Shown here one piece after another: positions 1 through 13,951 of a DNA stretch of 64,000 nt. Made by a program: the position numbers and the translations under genes. The DNA is taken from contig CM052818.1 of NCBI GenBank assembly GCA_028534125.1, positions 45,448,001-45,512,000 of the forward strand. Direction: 5' to 3'. The notes below the pieces were generated by a model. It made no database searches and was not told the origin of the DNA. It saw only the letters and a program-made list of their open reading frames with translations. How positions within the stretch are numbered: position 1 is the stretch's first letter; each line of letters starts with the position of its first letter. The DNA comes from Lama glama. Its lineage: Eukaryota.

Positions 1-89
1 GCCCAGCAGCCTCCCAAGCTTGCAAGTCCCCAGGGCTGGGAAGGAGAGGAAAGTTAATTGAACAGCTAATAGGTAACAAGCTCCGGGCC

Positions 90-300
90 AAATAATAATA
101 AACTTTTACTGAGCACTGTGCTGGGCACGCCCCTTAGCTCTTTAACATGAAGTGGCTCATTTAAATTTCACTGCGGGCCTGTGAGAGAGGTGCCACCAGT
201 GTCGTCCCCACTTTACAGATGGGAAAACTGAGGCGGGCTACGTTCAGTAGTATCCAAGGCCACGGCACCAGGACTGAAGCCAGGGCTGTACTTTGGATGC
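90..300 (-). mobile_element. MIR SINE
   Basis: tttactgagcactgtgctgggcac...ccccactttacagatgggaaaactgagg. Similar MIR cores occur near 2560, 3900, 10080, 18010, 23540, 24080, 29400, 35190, 56880 and 62490. Confidence 0.65.
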
Positions 301-816
301 CGCTTTCCACCAATGTAGGATGCAGGATGCCCAGGCTCAGGACGCCCAGAGGATGTAGGGTCTGTGTGGTGTATGTGTGTGTATGTGAGGGTGTGAGGGT
401 GTGCGTCCAGAACAACTTACTCCTCACCCAGTCGTGGGCTTCCTCACCAGCAAAATGCGTACTTCAGGCCAGAAGTGAGTGTTAACAGCCTTTTAATCAC
501 AAGCTCTTACTCCATGGAAATCTTACATGGGCTCCTCAAGATAGAAAACATCAAAAAGGAATGCTTCCACGCAGGAGCCAGAGCTGGCTGGACTTCTTTG
601 GCCCCCCCTGGACGACACCAGACACCCGGGGAGGGACCTTGAGTCAGGCAGGGCACCTTGTGCTTTCAAGACCCGGGCTGGCGCTGAGAAATAGCTAACA
701 TCCGTGCCAAATTGTTACCTTCTTCGAATGTAACGTGTGCTCACAAACCAGAAAGTAAATGAGCAAGTCACAGCCTACAAACTAGACAGGAACAGCCCCA
801 ACGCAAAGGTTAACCT

Positions 817-952
817 TTCTCTTCTTTTCTTTTCTTTTCTTTTTTTTTTTAACTGAAGTACAGTCCATTTACAATGTTGTGTTAGTTTCTGGTGTACAAT
901 ACAGTGATTCAGTTATACATATACATTCCTTTTCATATTCTTTTTCATTACC
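817..952 (-). mobile_element. Short LINE-1 3' tail
   Basis: Poly-T followed by aactgaagtacagtccatttacaatgttgtgttagtttctggtgtacaatacagtgattcagttatacat. Confidence 0.7.
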
Positions 953-3900
953 AGCTTTAACTTCATTTTCGATAAAGACATACAAATTAGTCATGAGATA
1001 GTATTTTTTTAACTTATCATTTTATAGCCTCTCCCCCAAATGTAAATTGAAACCAAAGTCACTTGATAGAAAAAACCAGCACCAGCACACTTGACAAATA
1101 TTAACCCAGTGCTTCTCTCCCTGAAGTCCCTGGGGCCCAGCTCCCAGCCTCACTGCTGCAGGAGGCTCCCGGGGGGGGGGGGGGGGCTGGCAGTTCTGAG
1201 TGGTTTCAGGATGGAGGCGCCCCCAAGGAACCCAAGGGCAGAGTCGCGCTGTGTGTATTTTTCATTCATCCATGTTATTTATGCATATAAATTCAACCCA
1301 CAGACACTGGGCACAGCCTGGGCTGGGCGCTTAGAATTCCAGGGGCCAGGGCAATGGCAGCTCTGCCAGCTGGTGAAGTGGGTCCCGATCGTAACAGTAT
1401 AGATGAGCAGGGGTGCCTGGGGTGCACACTGGCCCCTCACTCTTCCACTGCTGCCCTAGGCTCTGCTCTGCAAGTTCCCAAGGTCCAAGATGACAGCGGA
1501 AGCTGCTGAGAAATGAGTCGGCCATGCCAAGGACCTATCCAGGTTCCCGGAGCAACATGCAAACCAGTCAGCTTGGGATGCCAGCTGGCAGAGGCTCTCC
1601 CGGAACGCTGGCTTCCCTGGATGCGCCTGTGGACGTGCCTTCTCCCAGCCAACCTTTCCTTCCTTCTTCAGGGGCCTGTTCTCTGGGCTCCTGGCTGCAC
1701 CTGAGGCCTGAATCTGGTGATTCTCATTTGCGTGGAAAGGAATTCTGACACGGTAGCCCAGTGCAGTGCCCTAAATGGGTTTGTCAAACAAATCAGAATC
1801 CTTGAGTGTCACCACTGGGCAGTCCCCCAACGTTATGCAGTCCACACTAACGTGACCTAAACAGGGGCTGGCCCATGACGGAGACATCCCTGCACTTAAG
1901 ACAGCCCCTTCTGCTTCTCAATGCACCTTACTAGAAAATTTTTCTTAAATGTTCCCCTTAGTGGTTTACAACCATGCATCCTTAGAGCAGCCCCAATCAG
2001 TCTTTTTTCCTTTTCCTCCGAATAGTTCAAGTGCTAGAAACCAGGACTCAGGCGGGCTGACCAAAGATGCCATCACTTCCACGTGCCGCTCACATGCCCC
2101 ACCTTGCACAGGGGCAAGACCCAGCGACATATCTGTCCCTTCTGTCAAGTGTGATCCAGCCTTTTGCTCCAGCCCCACAGCCCTCCTGGACTCTTGGCTT
2201 GCTCGCTGCTTCATAGGAGTTCTTCCAGACTCCTTTCTAAGACTAGAAACATCTGTTTTAGTTTGTAGAGTTTGCCAACAAGTCCATGAAGATGACCTGC
2301 CCCTGGGAGATCTTTGCTGGTAGAGGAAGTTGGTGTCATGTGGGAGGAAGCAAGTGGCTGGCTCCCAAGGGCCCAGCTGTCCCACCCACTGGCCATGAGA
2401 TCTTAAGGGCAGAACTGGGGGTGCCTGGCCAAGGAAATACTTCTTGCCAAGTCGTGTGTCCTGGCGGGAGGCTGCATCTACCCAGAGGCGCACCCACTTC
2501 TAATTCACAGGAAGGCGGCTCTAGGCACCAGCTCCAGCCTTGCATGGGGGGTCAGATCACCTCTGAACCTCAGTTTTCTTATCTGTAAAACGATGATATG
2601 AAGGGTGGCAACTGGGAGGTGCTCAGAAATATTTGCATGAATGAATTAATGATATCCATCTCCCTGGCTGGTTGCAAAGACTTCATTGAAATAATACAGG
2701 TGCTCACACCACACCTGGCTCCCAGTAGGTTCTCAATATATGATCCCTTCTTAACTTCACCTCCTCCCTGGGTCAAAAGAAAAATCTGTTGTGTGTCCAC
2801 CTCTTCATGGACAGACAGCCTGCTTTTTGGATCCGCCCTGCACTTTTTTCTCTTCCCACACATGCCGGCACAGCTGTCTTATAACTTCTCATTCCATTCA
2901 CTGTGAATATTTTTCCATGTCAAATACACTTCAGCAGTATTTTTCTCATTTCATGAAAAATGTTAGATATCATAAAATTATGTGCTTATTATAAAAATAC
3001 TCAAATTCCAACGGTACAGAAACACCCAGTAAAGGAAGCAAACATTTTACTTAATCCTACGCTTGGGACCTACGCAGTTTTGCTACATTTCATGTTTCCT
3101 ATTCATGTTTCCACACACAGACTAGATGTAATGAACATATGTGTTTATGTACATTTTTTTCCTCCACAAAGTGGGCTCGCAGACTGTTGTGCAGTTTGCT
3201 TTTCTCCTTCCTGTAGGGCGGATGGCTTTTCATCCCTGTGCCTGGGTGTCTAAGGCATCTGTGCCAGGACCAACCTTGCAGCCTCTCTGTCCAAGGTTAA
3301 GGTGGCGGTGGCTGCAAGTGGTGGCTGACCCTCGGCATGCTCGCTGTCTCTGCCTGGCTGGCGGTCTTGGCCGTGGGTGTGACAGCGCCCACCCTCTCCA
3401 GTAGAGGAGGTGAGGAAAGGCTGTTGACAGAGGAGGAAATTTAGTCAGTTGCCCTGCCACTCAGCAGTGGCAGCAGCCCTGTTACATCACAGCCCACACC
3501 CCCGCTGCCAGTCACCCACCCAAACACGTTGGACAACACCCTGGCCCCAGCCCCAGCCCCGGCCAGTGATGCATCCTGACTGTAACTCCCTACTGCCTCC
3601 CCAAACAGCTGGCGGGCCCCGTCTTGCCTTGGCCCCATAGGCTCCTGTTCCCACCAAGATCATTATGAGGAGGTTGGCGTGAGCAGCCTCTCTGTCTCCT
3701 GAGGCCAGGTGGCTCAGAGTGTTTGCATGGGGTTCCATGGGGTTGGGGGTTCCCTCCCAACTGGCCTCCGTGACCAGCCACCAGAGCCCCAGGGGACAAC
3801 AGGGGCTGGTCATTGTTTTAAATTGTGCAGATGGGCCGTGTTGGGCTGGGATGTCAGGGGGAATCAGCTCAGCCACTGTGACTTGGGGCACATTTCTAGA

Positions 3901-6539
3901 ATCTCAAGTCTGAGTTTCATCAGCTGTAAAATGGGGATGATAATGGCACCTACTCTGCACCCTGTTTTAAGTTAAACGAGATGAAGCTTAGGAGGCCCTA
4001 AACCTGATACCGAATCAAGGCATAATCATAAATGGCTTCTACCCACTGCTATAATCATGCTCGACACTTCCTGTCCTTTACTGTTGGTCAAATGACCAAA
4101 TGCAAATGTTCTTTTCCAGGATAGATGGTAGTGAAGACCAGCAAGGAAAAAAAGCACAATCTTTGAATTGTGGGAAAAAAACCCAATAATCGAGTTGGGG
4201 GCAATGGGTGGTGAGAAGAATGAAACAAAAATGGTAAAATGTGGATAATTATTCCAGTGGGGTGAGGGGTTCATGGGGTTCATTATTACTGTTCCTATAT
4301 GCTGTTTCCTGGGGAGAAGTTTGAAATTTTTCATAATAAAACAGTTAAATAGAAAGCATAATCTGCAAGGCAGGCTGACACTTGGGTCGATGCAGGACCC
4401 TCACACTGACTGAAATGGGATGGGCTCCATCTTGGTTTTCATAAGGACTTGTCCTATGGCTGGGGGATCAGAGATGAGGAAAAGAGGGGCCCTGCTCTGT
4501 CAACACTTCCAGTTTAACAGGAGAGACACACAAACGGGTCATTCATTAGCAATGAGCACAAAAGAGGATCCTTCCTAGGGACACGACATCTGCTCCAGGT
4601 CCAAAGTTTCCAGACAGGCACCACGTTTTCAGTGATGAGACTGGCCCAAGCACACTGCAGGGTGCACAGTGGGTCCAGAGCATTTCCAGATGAGGGTGAC
4701 TTCTGGGGCCAGAGATGGTAGGTGACACAGGGGGCAAGTGGCAGGTGGCAGGTGGTAGGTCCGTCAGCTCAAGTCGCTGGGCATTCATCTGGAGGCTGAG
4801 GAAGAGCCCCAGGGGTTCCACCAGGGGAAAGAATGACTTATAGTAAGATATACATTCTAGAAAGTTCATTTCCCAGTTGTGGGGAGAAGATTTGAGAGAG
4901 CCAAAGACCAGCTGGGGAGGTACTGCGAGGAGAAGGCCTGACTCGGGGCTGGTAAATTTGAAAGCGAAATCAGCAGGACGAGGGTTTGATTTGGTGGAGG
5001 AGGCGGAGGTCAGGACTCTGGATGGGCCCCCTGATTCCTGGCTGGGATGATTTGCAGAATCTGGATACTTGGGATGAGGTGGGAGAGGACATGTGTGATG
5101 GACGCCCAAGGCTGAATTTGGCTAAAAGCAAAGATCCCAAGGACCTGTTGGTGGAAGTTTCCAGGAGGCAGATGCTGAAAGTTCAGCAGTGGCTGGAAAT
5201 GGAGGTTGAACTTGGAGGTGATGACCAGGGAGCAGTTGGGTCACTTGAGAGGAATCTCAAAAGTGAGAAGGCCGTTAATGGGGACTTCTGCCCTGGTTGA
5301 GGAGGGGCCGCAGCTGGAGAGCCGTGGGATGAGAAGGAAACAGGAGGGCAGGCCACAGGCTCCCAGATGGAGGAATTGTGGCAACTGCTGTAAAGCAGGG
5401 AGAAGGCAGGTGGGAACTGGAACAGGCTGGGCCAAGGCAGGGTTTATTTCAGGTGAGTGAGTTTCCAGGCAGAGGGGAAAGCCAGGCGAGAGAAAGGATG
5501 GAGACACAACCCCACACCTCTGCAGAGGGCTCCAGCCCTCTTGTCCTGACGTGGGCACACCCACAAGGCTGACTCCAGCCTGGACCCATATCGGGGTTTG
5601 TTGTTTTTTAGTGGCAATATTTGAATATACCTTTTCATCCAATGAAAGATAGAGATTGACATTTGTTGGTATACAACTCATTTGAAAACACAATTAATAG
5701 ATTTTTCAGAAACACAGCTTTTGTTCAACCAAAAAGTTGTATCTAATCACATGTAATCAAATGTAATAACACACACTGAAGGGCCGTTTCCAGCTTTGAG
5801 TAGGAGAAACCCCACCAAGAGGCCTGATATGTCTCAATCTTACAGCGTTGGGCTGTTCACACCACGGAAACCCCACAGCTCAAAGGAGGCACAATAGGTC
5901 ACAGAAATTGTTCTAGATCAAGTGTTTGAAGACCTGGTTTCTGGCCCCAGCTCCACCAGTCCTCAATTTCCTCATCAGTGAAATGGGCACAAAAACAAGA
6001 GGTCATGACCAAGCTCAGGCAAGGTCACGTACGTGGGAGTCCTCAGCAAACGGTGAAACATGCATGCACGAGGAGGATGAGTCTTACTGGGCAGCAGTGG
6101 CCTCAGTGCACGGGGTGGTCTGTGATGCCTTCCCGCTCAGGTAAACCTGAGTGTATCAAGGGTCAATCTCCACGATCCCAGCAGGGCAGCCTGACGTTTG
6201 TGAAAAGCTGTAATAGTCTGCTTTTGCTCATCTCTGTCTCCAACCCTGGGGCTTCATCTGCCGTGTGGGAGCTTCCAGAGCTCGCCTGCGTCCAAGACAC
6301 CGTTCTGCGTTCTGCAAAAGTAAACACTGCTGGGCCTTGCTGCTTCCCGGAGTGGGTTCTGAGTGAATCAGTGGGACAGTTTACACATCCTGTTAAGTAA
6401 TCATCCTCTCTCCTGGGGGTTCCCCTTCCCCAGGAAGTGATCTGTGGAAAGCCTTCTCCCTCGGGATGCGCCGTCCCAGTGTCACTGCCCAGTTGTGGTT
6501 GCGCAAAACGTCGAGCCGAGGGGCGGAGCACAAACGACA

Positions 6540-6985
6540 GCCATCATTTGTTAAAAAGGCTATTCTTTCTTCCACCGAACTGTCTTGGTAGCATTGTTGA
6601 AAATCAATTGTTCACATGTGTATGGGTCTATTTCTAGATTCTCAATTCTGTTCTATTGATCTATATTTCTATCCTCACACCAGGACCACACTGTCTTGAT
6701 TCTGGTAGCTTTGTAGTAAGTTGTGAAATTAGGAAGTGTGAGTCCTCCAACTTTGTTCTTTATCAAAATTGTTTCAGCTACTCTGAGCTTCTTGACTTTC
6801 CATATAAATGTACGGATCAGCTTGTCAATTTCTGCAAACTGGCCATCTGGGATTTGGATAAAGAGTGCACTGAATCTATAGCTCAGTTTGGGAGTATTGC
6901 CATTCAACAAAATTGTCTTTCAATCTGTAAACTGAGGGTGTCTTTCTATTTTATTTAGGTTTTCTTTCATTTCTTTCAACAGTAT
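6540..6985 (-). mobile_element. LINE-1 ORF2 fragment
   Basis: ORF 6653-6910(-) reads NKVGGLTLPNFTTYYKATRIKTVWSWCEDRNIDQ, a typical L1 ORF2 segment. Confidence 0.85.
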
Positions 6986-7683
6986 TCTCCTTCTCCCTCT
7001 TGCCACTCCCAGGTTTTTCTGTCCAGCCAAAATAACTGCTGTCCCTCAAGGCTGCACATAGGACATGGTTAGCCCCTCAGCCTCCTGGCTGGTCCTCTGA
7101 ATATGTTCCTCTTTGCCCAGGTCCTTCAGACATGTGGGGCCAAGAACCACTGAGCACAGTATTTCCACTCTGGCCTCATGGCAGAGGAAGAGAACTACCC
7201 CTTTGGAGTTCACAGCATCCTGGGACACCACGCTGACCTCCAGCAACTTGTTCCTAGACCCCAGCGTGTGGATCTGGGGTTCATGCTCCTGCCGCAGGGC
7301 ACTGTGAATTCATTCAAAACAGTGACCCAAGCTCCACCAGCTCTGTGTCTCGAGGGTCTGACTCCAGGGCTTCTGTTCGTGTTTGTGGAACAAGGTAGCT
7401 CCCTGGATCTAGACAAATATTAATTCCACCGAAGAGTACATTTGGGGATGCTCCAGGACATGGGTGATCCTACAGCCTGTCCTATTAATTCAAATCCCTC
7501 TCTCTTTGGAAACCAAGCATTCTAAGCATGATTAGAGATTGCCATTCATCCTGTCTCATTCCACAACCTGCTTCAAACTGACAAGACTCAGGGCATTTAG
7601 CTCCAACTTGGGTGCTTAAATAGGAGTATTGTTCACTTTATGAGTACCCAGAGGCTCAGAGATGGAACACATTAAATGTGACA

Positions 7684-7728
7684 AATAATAATAATAATCA
7701 TCATCATCATCATCATCATCAGCATCAT
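7684..7728. repeat. Compound microsatellite (AAT)n(CAT)n
   Basis: aataataataataatcatcatcatcatcatcatcatcagcatcat. Confidence 0.9.
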
Positions 7729-8559
7729 CCCTTCTCCTGGGGGCTAAGCCTTTAAATTAAATGTTTGGTTTGGCTGGCGCCTTCCAACGCCCGCAGGCAG
7801 CTTGCAGCACTTTCAGATAGGAATTGCAAATGGTGAAAATCATGAGTCAGATGCAGGAGAGACTCGGAGAATGTACTGAGATACAGCATCTCAGGGGACA
7901 GAAGCTTCCCGGGAGGGTGGAAACAGGATCAGTCAGAACAGAAGACACTGGACATATTGTAAATTACATCCAGCGCCTGAATGAATAAAAGCATTCTTGG
8001 AGAAGAAAACTGAATCCTCTGAGATTCTGCCCATGCTCCTCACCTGAGAGGTTCTCCCTGAGTTAGGTCATCTAAGGAAACCCTCCTGGCTGGCACACCA
8101 ACATCCCACTGGTGTCCAGATACCAAAGGGGTGCAGCACATTTTCTTTCGACTGAGAGAAACGAGGCTGCATCTCGCCCTGTGTTGCTGCGGCGATTTTA
8201 TTTGTCCACCAGAAGTTCCAAAGTAGATGCAATTGGCACTACCTGGTCTGGTGCTACGTTCTGGGACATCTGTCTTTTTTGGAGAGAGCGCAGTAGAAAT
8301 CTGATTTTTACAAACTGAACGTGTTCTGTGTGAATCCCCTTTCAAATGTTTATTGGTGGTATTTGGGTCTGCGGCCAGGCTCTAAAATACAAGAATTTAG
8401 TGAAAAAATGCCATTTGTATCTTCATACCAAGCTGCCTTTCGGAGTTCCCACCAGCACCAAAATAAAGACCTAAGATACAGACCTGGTTAGGGGCTCCCC
8501 CTCCCAAAAGGGGTCTAAGAAATCCCACATCCCCAGGAATCCTAATTGCCATTTCAACA

Positions 8560-9080
8560 CCTCACTCTGCAATGAGGGCAGACAATCAGGGATCCAGGAC
8601 CTTGAAATACAGAGACCTAAACAAACAAATAAGCCTGAAGAAACAGTCTCTATGCAGGAAGAAGGAAAAAATCATTCTTATCAAATTCTTGAAAGGAATA
8701 GTCATTCCACCCATGAAATAAAAACAGGTGGTAGACAGAGGAGTGTTCAGAAAGTAACTATTTCCGGAGAATTAAAAACTTGATAGAAGTAATGAAATAC
8801 TCAAGGGAAGGACAGGAAAAAGAGCTTAAAGACCCCTCTCAGAAAGTAAAGCCAAAAGGTGAAGGTGTAAAGAAAAAGACAAGAAAGCTAAGGGTCTAAT
8901 GCAGGAAGCCTAATTCAAAACAACCCCCCAAGAAACCATTCCAGAAAGAGCAGCAGAGAAAACCGGAGAGGAAATAATGGATGAAATAATTCAAGAAAAC
9001 TTTCCCAAACTAAAAGGTGACAGGGCCCCTGAGTTCTAGCACAATGGATGAAAGCAGACCAGTGACCAAGACTGTCCAGG
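8560..9080 (+). mobile_element. Ancient LINE-1 ORF1-region fragment
   Basis: A-rich; gaaataattcaagaaaactttcccaaactaaaagg...agcacaatggatgaaagcagacc resembles L1M ORF1. Confidence 0.5.
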
Positions 9081-11361
9081 GAAGCTGGTTTGCTTTTATT
9101 TCTCTGAAAAATTGTAAGGGGTCATTTTGTTCTAGTTCTGGTGAGTGAGAGGGCTTTGCAGGTGTAACTAAAGGGAGATTTAGCATGCCCTGCTTCCCAC
9201 CCAGCCACAGCATCCGGGTCTGCACTCTGTGGGCCCCCGATACTCCTGAGATTTTTACTGGAAGGAGATTTCATGGGTTAACACATGGGACTGAAGGGAG
9301 GGGCTCTAATCAGCAGAGAGGGCTGCTAATGGAGAATGAGGCCCAGCCTGGGTGCAGGAACTTGAATGGGGAGGGCCCAGGCACCCTGCTGACTCTCCCT
9401 GGGGAGCTGGGGAAAAGAACCGGTTTTAGGAACAGGGACATTAGTGACTGTGGCAGGAAGGGACCTTTGACACTGCCATAGGGTGGTTCTGTGCTGGGTG
9501 GGGGAGAAGTGTTTAAACACATGTTGGTTGAGGGCACAGGTGGCATGACAGCATCATCTCCCGCTTGGCCTTCTTTAAATCCCTCATCTAATGGCACACC
9601 TGTACACGGAGCAGTGACGCTATGTGTTTCAAGGTGGGTTGAGCAATCGATTCATATTTACCCTGTGGTTGGGTGTGAAGAGACCCAGGCAAGGATGACA
9701 ACCCTGACTACTTGTTTGCCTCGTGGGAGAAGGAGCTGAGGGCCTTCCCCCAAGCACAGGACCAATCTGGGATTCCTGAGTCACAAGCAGGCAAATGGGA
9801 GAGGCTTTCAAAGTGGGGCGTTGGAGAGAAGCTCAGGTTATGTAACAGAAGCATGGTGAGCTGTCCTTGATATGATTACCACTCTCAGTAATTATTATTA
9901 TTATTTGACCTACTCAGATGAGTCCAATTAAATAAGAATTGTTTTGTAACCAGGATGTTCAGATGATGGCAAAGGGCTCTCTCTGTGGGAGCAACAACAG
10001 CCCCTTGGGTTTATACTACACTGGGTGGTTTATAAAAAGCCCCATCTGTAGGATCTCTTTTAGATTTTGATCCATACAACCAAGAAGACTAGGCACGATT
10101 TCCCCCATTTTATGAGCGAGGAGTTATCTTTGTGCTTCAGAGAGGCCAAGTGACTTGCCCAAGGTCATACAGCAGAAAAAGGACAGAGCCAGAGCTGGGC
10201 TGGTCTTCTGGCCCCCATTTCAGGTTTGCTCTCCAACCCCAGGCTACATTGCAGGAGACCTCTTGTCAAGTGACTGTCTTGGGTTGGAGGGGTTGCAAGT
10301 GCTGGAAGCAGGGACTCTGGATTAAATAAACAACTGTAATAGAAGTCCCTGTAAGGGGGCCCATCAGGTAGCAGTGACACCCCTGAGCCTTCTAGAACCT
10401 GGGCGCCTCAGTCCTCCAATGAGCTCCAGCCAGGCTTTGCCATGAGAACTCTGGGTGCCATTTGCATCTGAAGGAGACATGTTTCCTGCTATCAACATTT
10501 CAACATTAAAATGTGGTTTTCCTTCTGATTATAACAGCATGAAAAGTTTACTGTAGGAAATCCTGAAAATACACGAAACTATGAGGAACAATTAAAAATC
10601 ACCCCTATCTCTCTTAACACTATATATTTCCTTTCTGAGGTCTTTCATGTATAGGTGAGTATTTCTTTTTTAAAGAATTAAGGTCACACCATATATGGTT
10701 TTGCATCCTAATGTTTTTCTCCATTTTATTTCACCATTCTCTTCTTAGGACAATAATCTTTGAAAATGTTATAACAAATGATACAATATTCCATCACATG
10801 CAAACAACTTTTTTGCTAGATTTTTGTGCTTGAAAAAATCATAGAAATGAATTAAAATAAGAAAGAATGAAAATAGACAATTAAAAAAAAAAGGAAGAAT
10901 GAGGAACAGATTACATGCCCATGTAAATTTCCAGGCATGAAAGTCTCTTCTTGAAAAACAAAGTTAAAGCAATTCAAAGAGAAAAAAAAAAAATCACACA
11001 CACACACATACACACAGTTGAGACTAAAAGGCATTTGAAAAAAACTTGGCATCCTTTCCTAGAAAGTTCTAGATGCTGTATCATGGAAACTTAAAAATAA
11101 AGATCATTCACTAAGAACCAACAGAGAATATTTTTCTGAATGGTGAGCCTCTAGGACCATGTTTACTTAAATCAGGGACTAAATGAGGTTGATACTATCA
11201 CCATTACCGTCATTGAACATCATCTTGGTGTTTCCAGCAAATGCAGTAAAATAAAACTAAAAACTATAAAACTGGTTTAAACTTTGGAACACAACAGAGA
11301 AATCTATCTATTTTTGTTGATGATATATACTTAGAAACCTAAGAAATTAGTCAAAGTGACT

Positions 11362-11461
11362 NNNNNNNNNNNNNNNNNNNNNNNNNNNNNNNNNNNNNNN
11401 NNNNNNNNNNNNNNNNNNNNNNNNNNNNNNNNNNNNNNNNNNNNNNNNNNNNNNNNNNNNN
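11362..11461. other. Assembly gap (100 N)
   Basis: Run of 100 n. Confidence 1.
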
Positions 11462-11563
11462 TTCTTTCTCTTTCTGGCTTACTTCACTTAGAATGACATT
11501 CTCTAGGAGCATCCATGTTGCTCCAAATGGCATTATGTTGTCGGTTTTTATGGCTGAGTAGTA
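11362..11563 (-). mobile_element. Young LINE-1 3' fragment spanning the assembly gap
   Basis: L1 ORF2 C-terminus MPFGATWMLLENVILSEVSQKEKE on the - strand; perfect 11-bp TSD TCAAAGTGACT (11351-11361, 11564-11574). Confidence 0.8.
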
Positions 11564-13951
11564 TCAAAGTGACTAGAATTAATGAGTATTTGGTGACATA
11601 GCTAGATATAAGATAAACACACAAATATTGACAACTTCTCTCTATTTGAGCCTTAAGTGACTAGAAGTGGGAAAAAATATTCACAGGGGTGAACAAAACT
11701 ATTGAATATTTTAGGAATACCATATAACAAGAAAAAGGTCTTACATAAAAATAATAAAATCTTATCAAATGACATAGACCAAGGCCTGAATAAAGGGAAG
11801 GCAGTACCTTATTCTTGGATGTGAAGGCATAGTATTTATGTGAAGTCACCCCTCCTGGAATTAACGTATATATTTAATGCAACTTCAAAGAGAAGCCCAG
11901 CAGTGTTTTTTTTTTTAAGGGACAGATAATTAGATAAAATAAATTATGAAGCTTATTTGGAAAAATTAATTTCTAAGAATACCATCTTTTTGAAAAAGAA
12001 TATTTAGGGGAATTTGCATTACCAGATCAAGGCATACTAGAAAGCCATTCTATTCAAACAAAGATGGTATTGGCATAGAAAGAGAAACTAGATCTAGAAC
12101 CAAACTGAGAAAGCAGAAATAGATCCCAGTATGTTTAAGAATCTAATACATGAAAAAGATGGTCTTCTACTAATGGGAAAACATGAATTAATTGGCTCTC
12201 AGTCTTATAACTTACACAATGATCAATTCCAGATAAAGACTTAAATATAAAAAGCAAGGTGATAAAAAATCTCACAAAAAAGATTTTTTTTTCTTTTTCT
12301 TTTTTCTTAGGAGGCTACACAATAATTTAGCAGTAGGAAAACCCTTTTATCAAGAATGTAAACCCATAAGCTATTTTTTTAAAAAGACAGACATGTTTGT
12401 CAATATTTAAACCATTTTAAATGGTTTATAACAAAAGAGACCTGAAACAAGGTGCCAATTATACATATTTGCAATTCAGAGGACACACAATAGCTTACTA
12501 TTATTACAAAGAGTTCTCAGAAAGTGATGAGACAGTTACCCAATAAAAATAAACAAGGATATAGAAAAGCAATTCACAGAAGAACAATTCCAAATGACTA
12601 ACAAAATTGTTTTGATTCTCAAAACTCACAAGTATGGGAAATGCAATTTATATTAACAGTGAGATGATTCTTCATGACTAGCAAACTAGCAAAGTTTAAA
12701 AACAGCAATAACACCTTTTGCTCTTGGGGATGTGTGGAAATGAGTACTCAGTTACTGGTTACAGCTTCATTGAGAGGCAATCTGGCACCATCTATTAAAT
12801 AACACATATATACCCTTCAGCCAGGCAATAATTCCGCATCTGGGAATCTAACGCACAGAAATAAGCACATCAGTGCATAAGACTTGATATTCAAGAATTG
12901 CAGCCCTGGAGAACTGTGGGGGAAAAGTAAATATTTATCAATAGGAGAGGGTTTAATACAGCACAGTGATTCTCACCTTAGAATATTACATAACCATTAA
13001 TAAGAATAAATTAGAGCTCTGACTGTTAACTTCTTTGGGAAAACTAGGATGCAAAAATCTGTATAAAGTGTGACCTTATTTTTGTTAACAATATTATTAA
13101 AACTTAGTATTATGTAGATTATCATATAAGCAAGGAGAACATATTTCAGGTTGTTTTTATAGATATTCTGGGGAGTTGCTGTAAGTGGAGTTGGAAGGGG
13201 CATGAAGGGCTGGAGGAAAAAAGGAAAAGGAAAAAAAAATTACCACCCGAAAGAAAAATAAAGCAAAGGGAATAGTATGGGATGGCACATTCTGGGCCTC
13301 CTCCTTTGGCTTGGACCCAGGGGAGGTCCAGTGAGATTTGTCGTATCTGCCAATGAAGACACAGCCTGCAGGCTTTTTTCTAATATTTAGCAAGTAGGAA
13401 CTTGTCAGCTTAGCCTAGTAAAAATCATTCATATTGTAGCTTCTCCAGCAATAAGGCAGCAGTGAAAACCCTCACCTTGCCCCTGCCCCACGTGTAACAA
13501 ATATCCCCAAGGTATAGTGGCTTCAAACAACAGTTATGTTTAGCTCGTGCAATGTGGTGTTTTTTTGCCTGTCCCACTTTCTTGGACAACCTCCTCCCTG
13601 AAGTATCTGCTGTCCTTGGGTGCCACCACACTTGGGTAGCTCATCCCTGGGTCAGCTGAGCCAGGCTAGTTGGATTGAGGGTACGTGTGAGTGAAGAAGA
13701 GACCAGGACCAGTCATTTGGTAACGGTGAGCTCCTGCACTGAAAGGTCATGTTGAGTTGGGGCTGGGGTGACCATTTGAGGCTGTGGAAGCAGGACTGAA
13801 AGAGTGATGGGGGAAGAACGGGTAGACTGCAGTCAGAACCACTGCATACTCCCAGAGAGAAATCAAGAGAATAGCTGGCAAGCTCTCAATGGCTTCCCTG
13901 CCTGCAGCTTCAGTTCTCATGAACTGGGCTTTGCTTTCATGAGCTTTCCCT

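Larger units (their letters stand above)
10850..13200 (+). mobile_element. Ancient degraded LINE-1 (L1M) ORF2 and 3' region
   Basis: A-rich strand bias; decayed RT LFADD-like motif (ctatttttgttgatgatatatacttagaaacc, ~11308) followed by L1 ORF2-like blocks; boundaries approximate. Confidence 0.7.

Noticed and set aside
1171..1186. Run of ~16 G
   Set aside because: Simple homopolymer, possibly error-prone, with no supporting context.
6653..6910. 85-aa ORF with recognisable protein sequence
   Set aside because: It is a fragment of L1 ORF2, not a host gene.
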